Source of the DNA: a virus
Taxonomy: Duplodnaviria > Heunggongvirae > Uroviricota > Caudoviricetes
IMG/VR virus record: IMGVR_UViG_3300033069_001798
Span: 1-64,000 of that record
DNA: 64,000 bases
Strand: one strand, 5' to 3'
Positions 53,275-62,751 of this stretch are shown here, in pieces. How positions within the stretch are numbered: the stretch's first letter is position 1; every line of letters starts with the position of its first letter. A program made the position numbers and the translations under genes. Under the pieces are notes generated by a model. That model was not told the DNA's origin, did not search any database, and saw only the letters and a program-made list of their open reading frames with translations.

Positions 53275-53877
53275 TTATAACTTCTTCTTCGGCGTGATGG
53301 GTGTAGGACCTGACGTATTTTCAGCACCAGAGTCTTTGTTGACCTTGGGTGTCTGGGATACGATGACGTTGGGCTTGATGTGCTTCGTCTTCGGACCCTT
53401 CTCCATCTTCACGTCTGACGGCTTGTCGCCTGGATCTGCTGCATCTTGTGCTGCGACCTCGCCAGTTACGATCTGCGCGATTCCTTTCAAGAACGCTAGA
53501 AGTGCTGTTTTCTCCGCAGATGACAACGAGTTGATGTACTGCTCCATCGCAGACGCAACTTTCTCATCTCTAAATGAGTGACCCGATCTTATGGTGTTGA
53601 GCTTCTCAATGACGTCGGTGTGATCGATGTCACCACTCTCCATCTCGCTCTTCTCGTCTTCAGCCGTCTTTGAACCGTGACTCTTTTCATCTTGTGAATC
53701 TGCTGGCGGAGATGGTGCCGGATCTGGAGCGTTTGAAGCCATAGCGTCTTGCTTCTCTTTCTCCTGAAGTGACTTCTGGTACAGCCCCGCCTTGACGCTC
53801 TCGCTGATGACAGCGTCCAAGAGTTTACCAAGGCTACGTCCCGTAGTTATCTTGACGTTATTTTTCATGTAAACCAC
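53275..53877 (-). CDS. hypothetical protein (200 aa)
   Basis: ORF. Confidence 0.5.
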   Translation of the reverse strand: MVYMKNNVKITTGRSLGKLLDAVISESVKAGLYQKSLQEKEKQDAMASNAPDPAPSPPADSQDEKSHGSKTAEDEKSEMESGDIDHTDVIEKLNTIRSGHSFRDEKVASAMEQYINSLSSAEKTALLAFLKGIAQIVTGEVAAQDAADPGDKPSDVKMEKGPKTKHIKPNVIVSQTPKVNKDSGAENTSGPTPITPKKKL

Positions 53878-54118
53878 CGAACCTGGTTCTGTTCAACGGA
53901 CGCTCTTGGTGACGACGAGCTCTTTCTCTCTGAGGGGAATCGACGACTTTTTTCCTTGGACTAACTCGCGATTCTTTCAGAACGATAGAGTCCATGAACT
54001 TGTCAAACGTGTAACCTTCGTTGACATCATCGTGCAGGAGCTTTCCAGTTCCATCGCACTTCTCGCAGTCGCCGCCAGCACCATCGCAATCAGTGCAATC
54101 TTCTTCGATCTTCTCCAT
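53858..54118 (-). CDS. zinc-ribbon protein (DnaJ-like CxxCxGxG)
   Basis: 'CTDCDGAGGDCEKCDGTG'. Confidence 0.45.
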   Translation of the reverse strand: MEKIEEDCTDCDGAGGDCEKCDGTGKLLHDDVNEGYTFDKFMDSIVLKESRVSPRKKVVDSPQRERARRHQERPLNRTRFGGLHEK

Positions 54119-54121
54119 AGC

Positions 54122-54541
54122 TCATCCTCGCATGTAAATAGGTAACTCTCCTTGCAACTTAACGAGCAAGGTGCACATTCGGCGCGTGTAATCTATCGCT
54201 TCTATCCTGACAGCCGATATCGTCAGCGGACCTTCGATGCTCATCCCGCCGTTCTCATCACCGGAGATCTCTAGGCTTGCGATCTTGTACAACGTGAAGT
54301 TCTTTAGCGTTGTGAAACCGTCTTCTAGCAAAGTTGAAACTTCAACTTCAATGTGTTCATCCAGAAGGATGCTGCTCAACGTTCCAACGATAGATTTCTC
54401 TTCGTCATCTTTCACGTTGATGCGACATATGATGTACGCTGGAGGGTCTACTGTGACACCTTCAATGACTGCATCATTGAGCACGTCAGACATCAGAACA
54501 CGCGACGTGTCTGCTCGAATTGTCATCTCTTTGTCTCTCAT
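54122..54541 (-). CDS. hypothetical protein
   Basis: ORF. Confidence 0.45.
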   Translation of the reverse strand: MRDKEMTIRADTSRVLMSDVLNDAVIEGVTVDPPAYIICRINVKDDEEKSIVGTLSSILLDEHIEVEVSTLLEDGFTTLKNFTLYKIASLEISGDENGGMSIEGPLTISAVRIEAIDYTRRMCTLLVKLQGELPIYMRG

Positions 54542-54556
54542 GGAGACAAATTTACA

Positions 54557-54931
54557 TCACGAGATGGGCGTAGTAACGATATCTTTGTACGCAGTATCGG
54601 CGTAGGATGCGTACTCTTTGTCAAGCTCTGTCACTTGATCTATGTCGTGCGTTATGAGACGAACATTGACAGAATCACCTACTACGGTGATGTTAGCATT
54701 GTGACCCACTTCTTCTTCGTACTCAAGCAACGCGTAGAGGAACGGGTTGCGATCTTCTTTCCTCTTGAACGTGTATGTCTTCGTGATCGATCCATCATCG
54801 CACTTCTCCCAGCGATTCATCGCAACGAGAGGTGCATCAGGTTCACGAGCAGAGATAGGAAGCTTGCCGAACGTCATGGGACGATCAGCCATTTTCATGA
54901 ACTGCTCGTGAAGCTTTTGTAGCTGTTTCAT
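54557..54931 (-). CDS. hypothetical protein
   Basis: ORF. Confidence 0.45.
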   Translation of the reverse strand: MKQLQKLHEQFMKMADRPMTFGKLPISAREPDAPLVAMNRWEKCDDGSITKTYTFKRKEDRNPFLYALLEYEEEVGHNANITVVGDSVNVRLITHDIDQVTELDKEYASYADTAYKDIVTTPIS

Positions 54932-55683
54932 ATGATGATCATCCCACCGACGATCGCTGCTTCTGTGAAGCTCGATCCGTGGGTGTATATGCGACGTTCG
55001 CGATCAATGATCGCAGATCCACCTTTGTACTTCAGATCGCGCTCGGTGCCAACTCTGTTTGACACAATGACATTTGCCCTTGTGTCTTCAACAAGCTCAA
55101 CCCAGGCTGAATCTGGGTACCCATAGGCGCCGCCCCAGTTCGTCAGAAGAGCAATCATGTCAACAGAGCCTTTGCTGTAAAATTTCTGCCCAGGCTTGTA
55201 AAAAGCGTACGATTCTCTGTAGTGATTCATTGCATCCCTGCAAACTAGCGCTCCCAGCCGACCGACTGGCGTCACGACTAGTGCATGAAGGGCTTCTGAG
55301 GGCTGCGCCCAAATGTTGTCATTACCCCATAGGTTGCTTTTCTGCGAATTCCCTGCGAGGCCCGAGGGACCCACGATGGCCGCTGAGTTGTACAGCTTAC
55401 CTTCATAGAGCTCCGGGTAGCCAAAGACAATGTAGCAGTTGTAACGATTGGCAATTGGGATGAACGCTTCTGTCTGATACCCATCACGTTCCTGAGCACA
55501 CTCCATTGCTTCACGAGGAGATCGCAACGCAAACCCAGAAGTGCAAAGCTCAGGCAGAACGATGACACGGGCACCTTTCGCCGCGGCTTCGAAAGCTAGT
55601 TCAGTAGCAACAGCCAGATTCTTCTGGACGTTGAGCAGCTCTGGGTTGAACTGCGCCGCGGCAACTATTGCTACGTCGTTCAT
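54928..55683 (-). CDS. carbon-nitrogen hydrolase (nitrilase superfamily)
   Basis: 'VAIVAAAQF…AAKGARVIVLPELCTSGF' shows the Glu of the catalytic triad. 'LVCRDAMN' holds the Cys. Confidence 0.65.
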   Translation of the reverse strand: MNDVAIVAAAQFNPELLNVQKNLAVATELAFEAAAKGARVIVLPELCTSGFALRSPREAMECAQERDGYQTEAFIPIANRYNCYIVFGYPELYEGKLYNSAAIVGPSGLAGNSQKSNLWGNDNIWAQPSEALHALVVTPVGRLGALVCRDAMNHYRESYAFYKPGQKFYSKGSVDMIALLTNWGGAYGYPDSAWVELVEDTRANVIVSNRVGTERDLKYKGGSAIIDRERRIYTHGSSFTEAAIVGGMIII

Positions 55684-57352
55684 TGATTCTCTTTCTTGCA
55701 GTTAACACTAGCGGAAACGTAGAGTCGCAATCTGCGCAGTAAATTTCGTCAGCTTCTGCTTGGTGGGTGTTCGCGCCGCCGCAAGTTGGGCAAGGTGCAT
55801 CACCCGTGTGATGATACTCTTGCTCTTCTGCAGATGGCTCAAGACCCTCAAGGCTCTGCATGATGTCAGGGAAAACATCGTACATGTACTCTAGGGCTTC
55901 TGGGCTGAATTCACGATCACCAAAAGCATCGTTAAGCGCAGACTCCAACGAAACTGGGTCTGTGATAGATGATGCACCAGAAGAAACGAGCTGTTCAACT
56001 TCGCTCCTAGAGACTAGATCTTCATCAACGGGTGAGCCCATCGTCTCAAGAACGATCGTCAGCGGACCCTTCTTGATTGTGCGAGTCCGGGAGCGAGATT
56101 CACCAACTGGTTCCCAAACTTGGGTGTGATCGCCAGTTGGCTTCTTAACCTTCAGCTTGCCATCTTCAGGCGAGACAATGCCAGACTCTCCTGGCTTGAA
56201 CTCTGATGCACCCATCTTGCCAAAGACTTTGCCCTTGTAGCGAGTGACAACAGAAGCACCGTTGTACTTCTGGCCGCCCTTGTAAACCTTGTACGAATCC
56301 TTGCTGGCTTTTGGCTCTCTTGGTGCCTTTGGAGCTGCTGGCTCACTTGTTGACTCTGCGCCCGACTCTTCTGGTGCAGCACTCGTTGGTGCAGTTGGAT
56401 TGTACAGCTTCTCACCACCACGTGCACGCCTGATCGATTTGTCAAGAAATTCGCGGAAACCATCTAGATCTCTGACGATGTCTGGATGTGCTTTCATGAG
56501 AGCAACATCAGAAGCCGATAGCTCACCCGAACGGCTCAGCATCTTGATGTAGTCGTTCATGCTCGACAAGACGATGATCTCAAGATCCTCTGGCGACTTA
56601 TCTTGCATGTCAGCAACCCACTGTGCCTTCAGCATTGCCTTATCGACAGCTTGCTTCGCGCCAGCGACTGAAAAACCAAGATCCTTGGCGATATCTTGGA
56701 ACGATGCTCCGGAGACGTCTGACACAGTGTTGAACTTTGCCCTCTCTGGCACGTCTGATTGTACGTCGTCAAGGGGGTCTTCAACTGGGTTCTTCATGAC
56801 CTTCTTCAGGTCTCTCTTCGACTTGTCAAACTTTGCCATGTACTCACCGCCATGAACACCGGCTGGGATCTTTGTGACAGGCGGAAGCGGTCCAACGACT
56901 GGTCCGAAATTCTTTGGCTTCTTGTCAAATGGCGCTTCAGAAACAACGTTAAGTTCTTGCAGCTGCTTGCGAACAGCTAGCCTGATGAGTGATTCAGCTG
57001 CCGTGTCTTTTTTAGCGCTCTTTGTGCCCGTCGTCTTCTTGTTTTTCATCGTATCTTCCTTTTCGTCGGGCACGTCAAGGGCCCCCACTAGCTTTTCATA
57101 CACGTCAGAAACTTTTTCGTCTGGCAGATCGTCGCTTAGGGCCTTCACAGCAACTTGAAATTCAGCTTTGTTGTTTGGCTTGTAGTTCGGATTGCTAGGA
57201 TCAGTAAGTATTGCTGACTGATCAACAACTGGGTTGACATCAACCGGATCATCCGCCTCTTCAAGGCAAACTTGCCCGAACTTCTTGTTATCAAGAAGCT
57301 CTGATACAAGCTCACGCAACGCTGTCCTGGTTACAGTGATCTTTTGTGCCAT
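55601..57352 (-). CDS. hypothetical protein (583 aa) with the N-terminal motif 'ITVTRTALRELVSELL'
   Basis: ORF. Confidence 0.5.
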   Translation of the reverse strand: MAQKITVTRTALRELVSELLDNKKFGQVCLEEADDPVDVNPVVDQSAILTDPSNPNYKPNNKAEFQVAVKALSDDLPDEKVSDVYEKLVGALDVPDEKEDTMKNKKTTGTKSAKKDTAAESLIRLAVRKQLQELNVVSEAPFDKKPKNFGPVVGPLPPVTKIPAGVHGGEYMAKFDKSKRDLKKVMKNPVEDPLDDVQSDVPERAKFNTVSDVSGASFQDIAKDLGFSVAGAKQAVDKAMLKAQWVADMQDKSPEDLEIIVLSSMNDYIKMLSRSGELSASDVALMKAHPDIVRDLDGFREFLDKSIRRARGGEKLYNPTAPTSAAPEESGAESTSEPAAPKAPREPKASKDSYKVYKGGQKYNGASVVTRYKGKVFGKMGASEFKPGESGIVSPEDGKLKVKKPTGDHTQVWEPVGESRSRTRTIKKGPLTIVLETMGSPVDEDLVSRSEVEQLVSSGASSITDPVSLESALNDAFGDREFSPEALEYMYDVFPDIMQSLEGLEPSAEEQEYHHTGDAPCPTCGGANTHQAEADEIYCADCDSTFPLVLTARKRINERRSNSCRGAVQPRAAQRPEESGCCY

Positions 57353-57771
57353 AATTCGCCCTTGGGAGCTTCTGCTTGCGGGATGTTAGGATTGCCAAGC
57401 TTCGCATCAGTATAGCGTCGTCCAAAATACAACGCAAGGATAGGAGCAAAATAGCTGGCACATGCAGCAACATCGAATGGACGGACATGAATAGGACCAA
57501 GCGTCTCAAACATGGAGAGCACGTAAGCCAACGTTGTAACCCAAAATGATACGAAGACAAGAGTGACTGTGACGCTTCCATGTCCAGCTGCGTCTTTCAC
57601 CCAATACCACTTAGACTGAACCTCAGTTGGATCAGCGGCTTTCTTCTCTTCTTCCATGTCGACAACCTCTGGTCCTAAATAGGCCGTACAGATCATTTGG
57701 TCGCATGCGATAGAGCAAAAACGGTGAGCACGGTGAAAACAGCGCCGCCAGCAAAACCACCAGCAACCCAC
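57331..57771 (-). CDS. membrane protein
   Basis: Multiple hydrophobic segments. Confidence 0.45.
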   Translation of the reverse strand: MGCWWFCWRRCFHRAHRFCSIACDQMICTAYLGPEVVDMEEEKKAADPTEVQSKWYWVKDAAGHGSVTVTLVFVSFWVTTLAYVLSMFETLGPIHVRPFDVAACASYFAPILALYFGRRYTDAKLGNPNIPQAEAPKGELWHKRSL

Positions 57772-58187
57772 AGCATGGGATTGCTAGAGCTAGATGATTG
57801 CTTTCGAATCTCTTCGTTTAGCGCAGCAATCTCTTTTTCTTTTGCAACGATTGATGCACTTAGGATCTTCTTCTCAGCGTCAGTCGTTGCTTGAAGTTCT
57901 GCGAGCTTGAACTGCGACTGTGCGGCAGCTTCAGCTTTCGCCTTGTCAACTTCGATCTTCACTTGATCTTTGGAAGAATTTAGCTGCACGATGATGCTTG
58001 CAACAGCTTTTGGCGATAGCAAAACACCAGTGTAAGGTGCTGGCTCACCCTTTTTCATAGGAGTCGTCACAGCACCAGGATCTGGTTCAGCAGCTGGAAC
58101 TGCTGGCACAGTCAACCCTTCGCATCGACCAGGGATTGCTGAAAAGAAGAACGTCAGAAACGTTACTAGCGTGATGAACTTTTTCAC
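57693..58187 (-). CDS. signal-peptide protein with a C-terminal TM helix (spanin-like?)
   Basis: 'MKKFITLVTFLTFFFSAIPGRCEG'. Confidence 0.45.
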   Translation of the reverse strand: MKKFITLVTFLTFFFSAIPGRCEGLTVPAVPAAEPDPGAVTTPMKKGEPAPYTGVLLSPKAVASIIVQLNSSKDQVKIEVDKAKAEAAAQSQFKLAELQATTDAEKKILSASIVAKEKEIAALNEEIRKQSSSSSNPMLWVAGGFAGGAVFTVLTVFALSHATK

Positions 58188-58576
58188 TTACCACCCGTGG
58201 GGATGACAACTGTGAAACCTGCCGCTTCCGACAGTTGCTTTGAAAGCTCGGTCGGATCATCGCTCCACTTTTTCACGATGTTCTCAATCTCCTTACGCTT
58301 CTTCTCGTCAAGGTCTCTCTTAGCAGCTTCGTACTGCTGCTGGATTGACATCAACGTTTCATTGAGCTTACGCTCGTTCTCGATGTGAGCTTTTCGCTCT
58401 TCTTCACGTGCCTCATTGATCTTCTTAATCTCTTCCTCGTGCGCCTTCTTGATATCTGACAGCTGGTCAGAAAAAGAAGATTTTTGCCTCGTAAAGATGA
58501 AGAAACCAGCGACAGCAATGAGAAATCCAACGGCAAGTTGCCAGTAAGCTTTGACGAATGCCCAAAATTTTGCCAT
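58184..58576 (-). CDS. N-terminal TM helix plus coiled-coil protein (i-spanin-like?)
   Basis: 'FWAFVKAYWQLAVGFLIAVAGFFIF' followed by a charged coiled coil. Confidence 0.45.
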   Translation of the reverse strand: MAKFWAFVKAYWQLAVGFLIAVAGFFIFTRQKSSFSDQLSDIKKAHEEEIKKINEAREEERKAHIENERKLNETLMSIQQQYEAAKRDLDEKKRKEIENIVKKWSDDPTELSKQLSEAAGFTVVIPTGGK

Positions 58577-58890
58577 CGTAAGTTCGGCTTGTTCGGGACT
58601 TCTTTTGTCTTTGTTGCGGGAGCATATTCAGCTGGTTTTCCCTTCAACAGTTCGATGATCTTCTTCTGCGTTGCTTCAATCTCAGCAATGCGCTCATTGT
58701 GAACCTTGTAGGCTTTAGCAAGAGAGACAATCGACTTAGCGACTGAACTAACGTTGATAGACAGAGCTAGGATGTCAGACTTGGTCTCAGTCAACATCCC
58801 AGACGCTGACATCAAGTACTCAAATGCATCAATCGCTTTCGCCAGCAGCTTCTCTTCGAGCGATTTCTTCAAGTTTTTCACGTCTTTCAT
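58351..58890 (-). CDS. hypothetical protein. Its 3' 226 nt overlap the next gene in another frame, so this could be a frameshift or a spurious tail.
   Basis: ORF. The C-terminal 70 residues look like shadow-frame composition. Confidence 0.35.
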   Translation of the reverse strand: MKDVKNLKKSLEEKLLAKAIDAFEYLMSASGMLTETKSDILALSINVSSVAKSIVSLAKAYKVHNERIAEIEATQKKIIELLKGKPAEYAPATKTKEVPNKPNLRWQNFGHSSKLTGNLPLDFSLLSLVSSSLRGKNLLFLTSCQISRRRTRKRLRRSMRHVKKSEKLTSRTSVSSMKR

Positions 58891-59182
58891 TTTCCTCTAT
58901 TAGAGTATACATCGCTTCAGCGTCAAGTTCATGCAATTTTTTGCCGTAATCTCTCTTTGGCTTTGGAGCATCATCGAGAGCTGCACGTATTTTCTTCGTC
59001 ACTAGGCCTTTCAAGACGTTGTAACCCGGCCCAGCGTCATCAATAACTTGCCTAGCGAACTCATCAAATAGTTCTTGAAGAGAAACACCATGATGGAAAG
59101 ATTTAACGCGTAGTTCAGCATGCACCTCTTTGTCAAGGTTGATGTGCAAGCTTTTCTTTGTGACAAGCGCGTCAGATTTCAT
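58829..59182 (-). CDS. hypothetical protein
   Basis: ORF. Confidence 0.45.
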   Translation of the reverse strand: MKSDALVTKKSLHINLDKEVHAELRVKSFHHGVSLQELFDEFARQVIDDAGPGYNVLKGLVTKKIRAALDDAPKPKRDYGKKLHELDAEAMYTLIEENERREKLEEIARREAAGESD

Positions 59183-59741
59183 GAACTAAGACTGCTCCTC
59201 CTCCGCCGACGCCTCCATCACCTGCTCGATCAGCTGGAGGTGCAGTGAATTCATCTTCCATTTCATCCCTTGACTTACCGATCTCCATGCCATGCTCGTT
59301 GCGAAGCTGCTCTTTGAATGAATCAGCAACTGACTCATCGTAATTCTTCGACAAGAAGTTTGACGCCCTACGCAAGATCGTATTTCTAACTTCTAGCAAG
59401 GAGTCGTAGTTGTCTATCAACCTGACAACGCCGTTGACAAAAGAGCCCACGTCAATGTCTTCAACAGTAAGCTTCTTTGGTTCATCGCTAGAATCATCAC
59501 CCTTGTCGTCATCTTCACCAGCTTCAACGATTCGACGCACAGTCATTCGCCAATCGCGACCCTCGGTCTTTGCGGACTTTGCTTCTTTTTCATAGTCATT
59601 CAAGTAACGATCGACCTGAGAGTCTAGTGAATCTTCTCCCGGCTCTTCTGTTGGTGGCGTTGGCGCTTCGCCTTCTTCTCTGAGAATCTCTTCTCTTAGA
59701 ACACGCCGAAGATCACCCAAGCGAACCTTAAAAGTCTTCAT
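59172..59741 (-). CDS. hypothetical protein with the shared N-terminal motif (VRLGDLRRVLREEILREEGEAP)
   Basis: Read directly from the sequence. Confidence 0.55.
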   Translation of the reverse strand: MKTFKVRLGDLRRVLREEILREEGEAPTPPTEEPGEDSLDSQVDRYLNDYEKEAKSAKTEGRDWRMTVRRIVEAGEDDDKGDDSSDEPKKLTVEDIDVGSFVNGVVRLIDNYDSLLEVRNTILRRASNFLSKNYDESVADSFKEQLRNEHGMEIGKSRDEMEDEFTAPPADRAGDGGVGGGGAVLVHEI

Positions 59742-60454
59742 GACTTCACCGCCACGCCGATTGCTTCAGCTCTCTTAAAACGATCTTCGCAAACTTCCCA
59801 ATTGATCTCTCTCATCTGAGCGATCAAGTAGCTCTTCTTATCGGTCAAGTAGTCTCTAGCGTATGCATGCTCCCACATGTCGACAACGATCACTGGGTAG
59901 AAGCCTAGTGGGATATCTCCACTGTGGTGGCTGATTGGAACGTTGATGTACTTCTTCAAGAAAGTGTGGTACCCGCAAACAGCCCATCCATTTCCAGCAG
60001 CCATGGCACATGCGATGAAGTCACGTTGCCAATCTTCGAACGTTCCGAAGTCTCTCTGCAGCTTGATGTAAGCGATTGAATCCATCACGATCTCAGAATG
60101 AGGATCGTAGCAGTTCGCAAAGTACAGCTCATGAAGCCACACAGCATTGAGGTTGTACGCTTCATCAAGCTTCAATGACCTGAAGTCACTGTGCTTTGAA
60201 TTTGAAGCGCCCCTGTCAGCAGTGTCAAGCTGCGCAGAAACATTGTTCAACGTGTCAACGTACTCACGGTAAAGAGTTGTGTGCGCTTCTTTGGTCTTCT
60301 GCGAAACCATCTCAGAGACTTGCTTGAACGGCTTCGGTTCTGCAACGTAGGACTCGTTGATCTTTCCAACTTCTTTCACTGCAGCGGAACGCGATAGCGC
60401 ATCTCTGATCGTCTTATCAAGGTCTAGACCTTCCAGTATGTTCTTTTTGCTCAT
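59738..60454 (-). CDS. sodA: Fe/Mn superoxide dismutase
   Basis: 'HTTLYREYV', 'NAVWLHELYF' and 'DMWEHAYARDY' match 'H..HH..YV', 'N…nH..fw' and 'DvWEHAYYldY'. Confidence 0.8.
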   Translation of the reverse strand: MSKKNILEGLDLDKTIRDALSRSAAVKEVGKINESYVAEPKPFKQVSEMVSQKTKEAHTTLYREYVDTLNNVSAQLDTADRGASNSKHSDFRSLKLDEAYNLNAVWLHELYFANCYDPHSEIVMDSIAYIKLQRDFGTFEDWQRDFIACAMAAGNGWAVCGYHTFLKKYINVPISHHSGDIPLGFYPVIVVDMWEHAYARDYLTDKKSYLIAQMREINWEVCEDRFKRAEAIGVAVKS

Positions 60455-60752
60455 GATCTTTTCCTTGTAAGCTCAGCTCGTAATTCTTTTCAAGTTCTTC
60501 TGCATCAATCAGGAATTTTTCACCCTCTGGCGTCCTGAGTATGCAATCGTTAGGACCGACTGAATCCACTGTGTAGCGAATTCCACTGTTCTTGTGAAGA
60601 ACTTTCAGCTCTGGAGCGATGATCATCTTCTCTTCTCCTTTGCCGATCTTTGCAGTCATCGCAACGTCGACGGTCTCCGTTAGAGACGCAACACGTGAGT
60701 CCCACTCTTCACGGAAGACTTCTATGATGTCCTTATCAGTAAGTGCTCTCAT
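60417..60752 (-). CDS. hypothetical protein
   Basis: ORF. Confidence 0.45.
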   Translation of the reverse strand: MRALTDKDIIEVFREEWDSRVASLTETVDVAMTAKIGKGEEKMIIAPELKVLHKNSGIRYTVDSVGPNDCILRTPEGEKFLIDAEELEKNYELSLQGKDHEQKEHTGRSRP

Positions 60753-60879
60753 GTTCTCGATGTAAGTATTGCGTCCGATGTTCTCATGACTTCAATACCA
60801 ACTGATTGCAGCAAGACAAGACCTGACGAATCCCTGTACTGGATGTCATACACGACCCTAGAGATTCCAGCGTTGATGA

Positions 60880-62199
60880 TCATCTTGATTCATTTGAGAA
60901 ATCTACTAGATCCTGATAAGAATCAACTTGAATTCCAGCTTCACGAAGCAATTTTACACCAGTTGAATTTCTGTACTTTTGCAAGTACACGATTCTTCCA
61001 ACTCGACTGTTAATTAGACTTTTTGCACACATTATGCATGGAGATGTAGTTACGTAAACTGTGGAATTTTCAAGAGATTCAGATGCGTGAGAAATGGCAT
61101 TAATTTCTGCATGAATGCAACCACAAGAACCTGGTGTTAGGGAATCACAGCCATTAAGCCCTCCAGAATTTGATCCATTGTAGCCCAGGCATAGAACGCG
61201 TTCATTATGTTGATCAACAAAAACTGCGCCAACTCGCAATCTGCAACATGTTGATCTTTTTGCAAATGCAACTGCAACATGCATCCAAATAGAATCATAT
61301 GACGATCTACTGAATGTGCCTATGTCATTTTCATAGTATTCATGAATTTTTTCAATAGGTTCAAGATCGCGTTCATAAATCACGCGAAATTCAATGTTCT
61401 TGTTGGAATAAAAAGATCTAGCGGCTTCGATCTTTTTATTCGTATGTTCATTAACGTAGCCCTTAATCTCTTCAACGACCACGATATTAGAGTCATAATT
61501 GATGAAGAGATCAGGATTGTAATAGTGTGCATTACCTTCTTCATCAGACCAAAGAATTTTATCTTTACATCTACCCCATGCTAGAACTGTATTGTCAAAA
61601 TCCAGTTCTTTGAATCTTCGTAGCTCATAGCTAGAATCGTAATGAACTGTTCCAGCCTTTGTTGACTTGTATCTTCCTTTAAGAAAGTTCTTGTTAAAAT
61701 TTTCTGGTTCGTAAGATCTTTTGTAACAATCACGAGAACAATAACGATCATAATGATGTTTCAGATTGCTTTTCACAAAGTTTGAACAATCTTTTCCACT
61801 GCATTGCACTACAATTTTATTTTGTGAATGAAATGCTAGATAACATTCTCTATCACAAAAACAATTTGCATGCGCAACAATTGTTGAACGATAACGAAAA
61901 TTTGTTTTGTTACACCAAGAGCAATTTACTTGAACATGCGTTATAGATTTTTGTTCAGCTTTGTTGTGCAAAGCGCTACATTTTCTTGAACAAAACTTTC
62001 TTCCATTGTCAGCATAACACTTCAAAACATTGAATGCAGAATTACATTGAACGCATTTAATGGTGACTCGTTTGCTTTTCTGGAAGCATGTTTTTGAACA
62101 GTAATCATTTTTTGACTTTTTTTTGCCATGACAAATAGGACACAAATCTATTTCAGATTGAATCATGTTAGCACTATGAAAGGATGACATCGCAAGCAA
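60880..62199 (-). CDS. fusion protein: 4x Cys-rich zinc-finger repeats, a PD-(D/E)xK nuclease-like segment and a dCMP deaminase domain
   Basis: C-terminal 'CIHAEINAI…TSPCIMCAKSLINSRVGRIVY' is a dCMP/cytidine deaminase HAE…PCxxC signature. The middle 'YNPDLFINYDSNIVVVEEIKGY' fits the PD…(D/E)xK pattern. The N-terminus has four repeats of 'CxxC…(Y/F)CSRxC'. The whole gene is AT-rich. Confidence 0.7.
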   Translation of the reverse strand: MLAMSSFHSANMIQSEIDLCPICHGKKKSKNDYCSKTCFQKSKRVTIKCVQCNSAFNVLKCYADNGRKFCSRKCSALHNKAEQKSITHVQVNCSWCNKTNFRYRSTIVAHANCFCDRECYLAFHSQNKIVVQCSGKDCSNFVKSNLKHHYDRYCSRDCYKRSYEPENFNKNFLKGRYKSTKAGTVHYDSSYELRRFKELDFDNTVLAWGRCKDKILWSDEEGNAHYYNPDLFINYDSNIVVVEEIKGYVNEHTNKKIEAARSFYSNKNIEFRVIYERDLEPIEKIHEYYENDIGTFSRSSYDSIWMHVAVAFAKRSTCCRLRVGAVFVDQHNERVLCLGYNGSNSGGLNGCDSLTPGSCGCIHAEINAISHASESLENSTVYVTTSPCIMCAKSLINSRVGRIVYLQKYRNSTGVKLLREAGIQVDSYQDLVDFSNESR

Positions 62200-62732
62200 C
62201 GCGGCTCGTATAGCTCGTGCCCGCCAACTTCAAGCAACGTTTCATCTTCGCTCTTCTTGTACGTAAAATGAGCATCTTGCGAGCAGATCGTGCACACTGC
62301 TGAGCACTTCTCTATTGACGTTGCCCAAGGCAGCATCTTTGTCACTTCATCGAACGGCTTACCATTGAATGCAGTGTCAAGCGTTGACACTATGATGTTG
62401 TAGCCGTTCCTGTACAAGAACGTCAAAGCATCAGCAACGCCGTTAATCATGAAAGCTTCATCTACTGCGATGATGCTAATGTCGTTGTTCTGCTCTTCAA
62501 GAACTTTCGCAAGAATACCTTCTGCGTTATTGACAGTGACTGCATCGTGACGCCAACCACCGTGCGTCACGATCTGAGACGTAGAGTAGCGATCATCTAT
62601 CGCAGGCTTGAAAACTAGAGCGTTTCTCTTCTGGTACTTGCAACGCTCAAGCTCCATCAACAATCGAGATGATTTTGATGACCACATGGGTCCGACGTAC
62701 ATCACGAATGTTGGATTAGCTTGCTTGCTCAT
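62163..62732 (-). CDS. tdk: thymidine kinase
   Basis: 'VGPMWSSKSSRLL' is a P-loop. C-terminal zinc ligands 'CTICSQ…CLRCH'. Confidence 0.85.
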   Translation of the reverse strand: MSKQANPTFVMYVGPMWSSKSSRLLMELERCKYQKRNALVFKPAIDDRYSTSQIVTHGGWRHDAVTVNNAEGILAKVLEEQNNDISIIAVDEAFMINGVADALTFLYRNGYNIIVSTLDTAFNGKPFDEVTKMLPWATSIEKCSAVCTICSQDAHFTYKKSEDETLLEVGGHELYEPRCLRCHPFIVLT

Positions 62733-62751
62733 GATCGCTACTCTAACCGGT

